Shown here piece by piece: positions 63,459-64,000 of a stretch of DNA of 64,000 nt; position 1 is the stretch's first letter; the number at the start of each line of letters is the position of its first letter. The translations under genes and the position numbers were made by a program. The notes under the pieces are model-generated. The model was not told the origin of the DNA, did no database searches, and saw only the letters and a program-made list of their open reading frames with translations. The stretch is from Octopus vulgaris (lineage: Eukaryota), in contig OX597819.1 of assembly GCA_951406725.2 (NCBI GenBank), positions 60,760,001 through 60,824,000 on the forward strand. Direction: 5' to 3'.

Positions 63459-63871
63459 GAGTGAGAGAGCAGTTCATGCCATCAAAGTGACACTGGGGTA
63501 AAATATACGAAGCCCGATATACCCATCATGACTACCCGTCTGATAAGGGTACACCAGGCACATGCATCACAACCATATGTGCGCGACACGGTGATCTCAT
63601 ATCGAGATAAACAGCACATGACCTTGCAGGTGGGGCCCAGTTAGAATTTTCTTCAGGTTGAGTAGCCCATCCCGCTCAAAAGGTCCCCGAATAAGGGTTG
63701 TTTAAGGATGTTGAAAGAACCACCCATGTTTCCAGAGGTGAATTATTCAAATCCCAAACAATCCCTCTCAACACATGGCTATGATGCTCCCCCACTACTT
63801 CTGCTCGTGATCAGAGATGCACTTATCGTCAGCCACTAAGGGACATGCTCAATTGGTTAAAGTCAAACAAC
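63459..63871 (-). mobile_element. Probable non-autonomous retroelement embedded in (TAA)n
   Basis: GC-balanced ~410-bp block with (TTA)n on both sides and no ORF. Family and strand not established. Confidence 0.4.
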
Positions 63872-64000
63872 TATTATTATTATTATTATTATTATTATTA
63901 TGTTTTTTCCTTCTTTCTTCAAATTTTCTTCCGTTTCTCGCCGAGTGTTTTCCATACACCTAGGGCAGAAAAGGGCATTGTATGCATTCCCAGATTACAC

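Noticed and set aside
63760-63871. HDV-like ribozyme at the minus-strand start of the (TAA)n-flanked element
   Set aside because: Only a partial P3/L3 resemblance; P1.1, P2 and J4/2 could not be assigned.

Overview
AT-rich, repeat-dense animal genomic DNA. It is most likely an octopod cephalopod; this is inferred from my recollection of the SINE/RTE families and the microsatellite load, and was not verified. Bases 1-22.2 kb hold the 3' part of a plus-strand eIF3c (EIF3C/NIP1) gene. I could splice 14 GT-AG exons into one open frame of about 673 aa, ending at TAA 22019-22021 with AATAAA at 22146. The rest (~24.5-64 kb) contains no host gene I can support. It consists of tRNA-derived SINEs, RTE/CR1-type LINE pieces, decayed mariner elements, hAT/piggyBac/Merlin-type MITEs, microsatellites and Penelope-like elements (PLEs). 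The best observations are: (1) a ~4.4 kb fold-back PLE (46378-50790) sitting in (TA)n, with a readable template-switch junction and a minimal U3-A8 hammerhead ribozyme near each outer end; (2) a symmetric eIF3c exon encoding a Trp-periodic low-complexity tail; (3) a PHD finger inside the RT domain of a young intronic RTE; (4) a 246-bp templated insertion copied from 2.4 kb away; (5) several other fold-backs and perfect palindromes; (6) a CpG-decay contrast between intronic and intergenic copies of the same SINEs. Exon coordinates were read base by base. Repeat boundaries are approximate, and all family names were assigned by eye without database searches.
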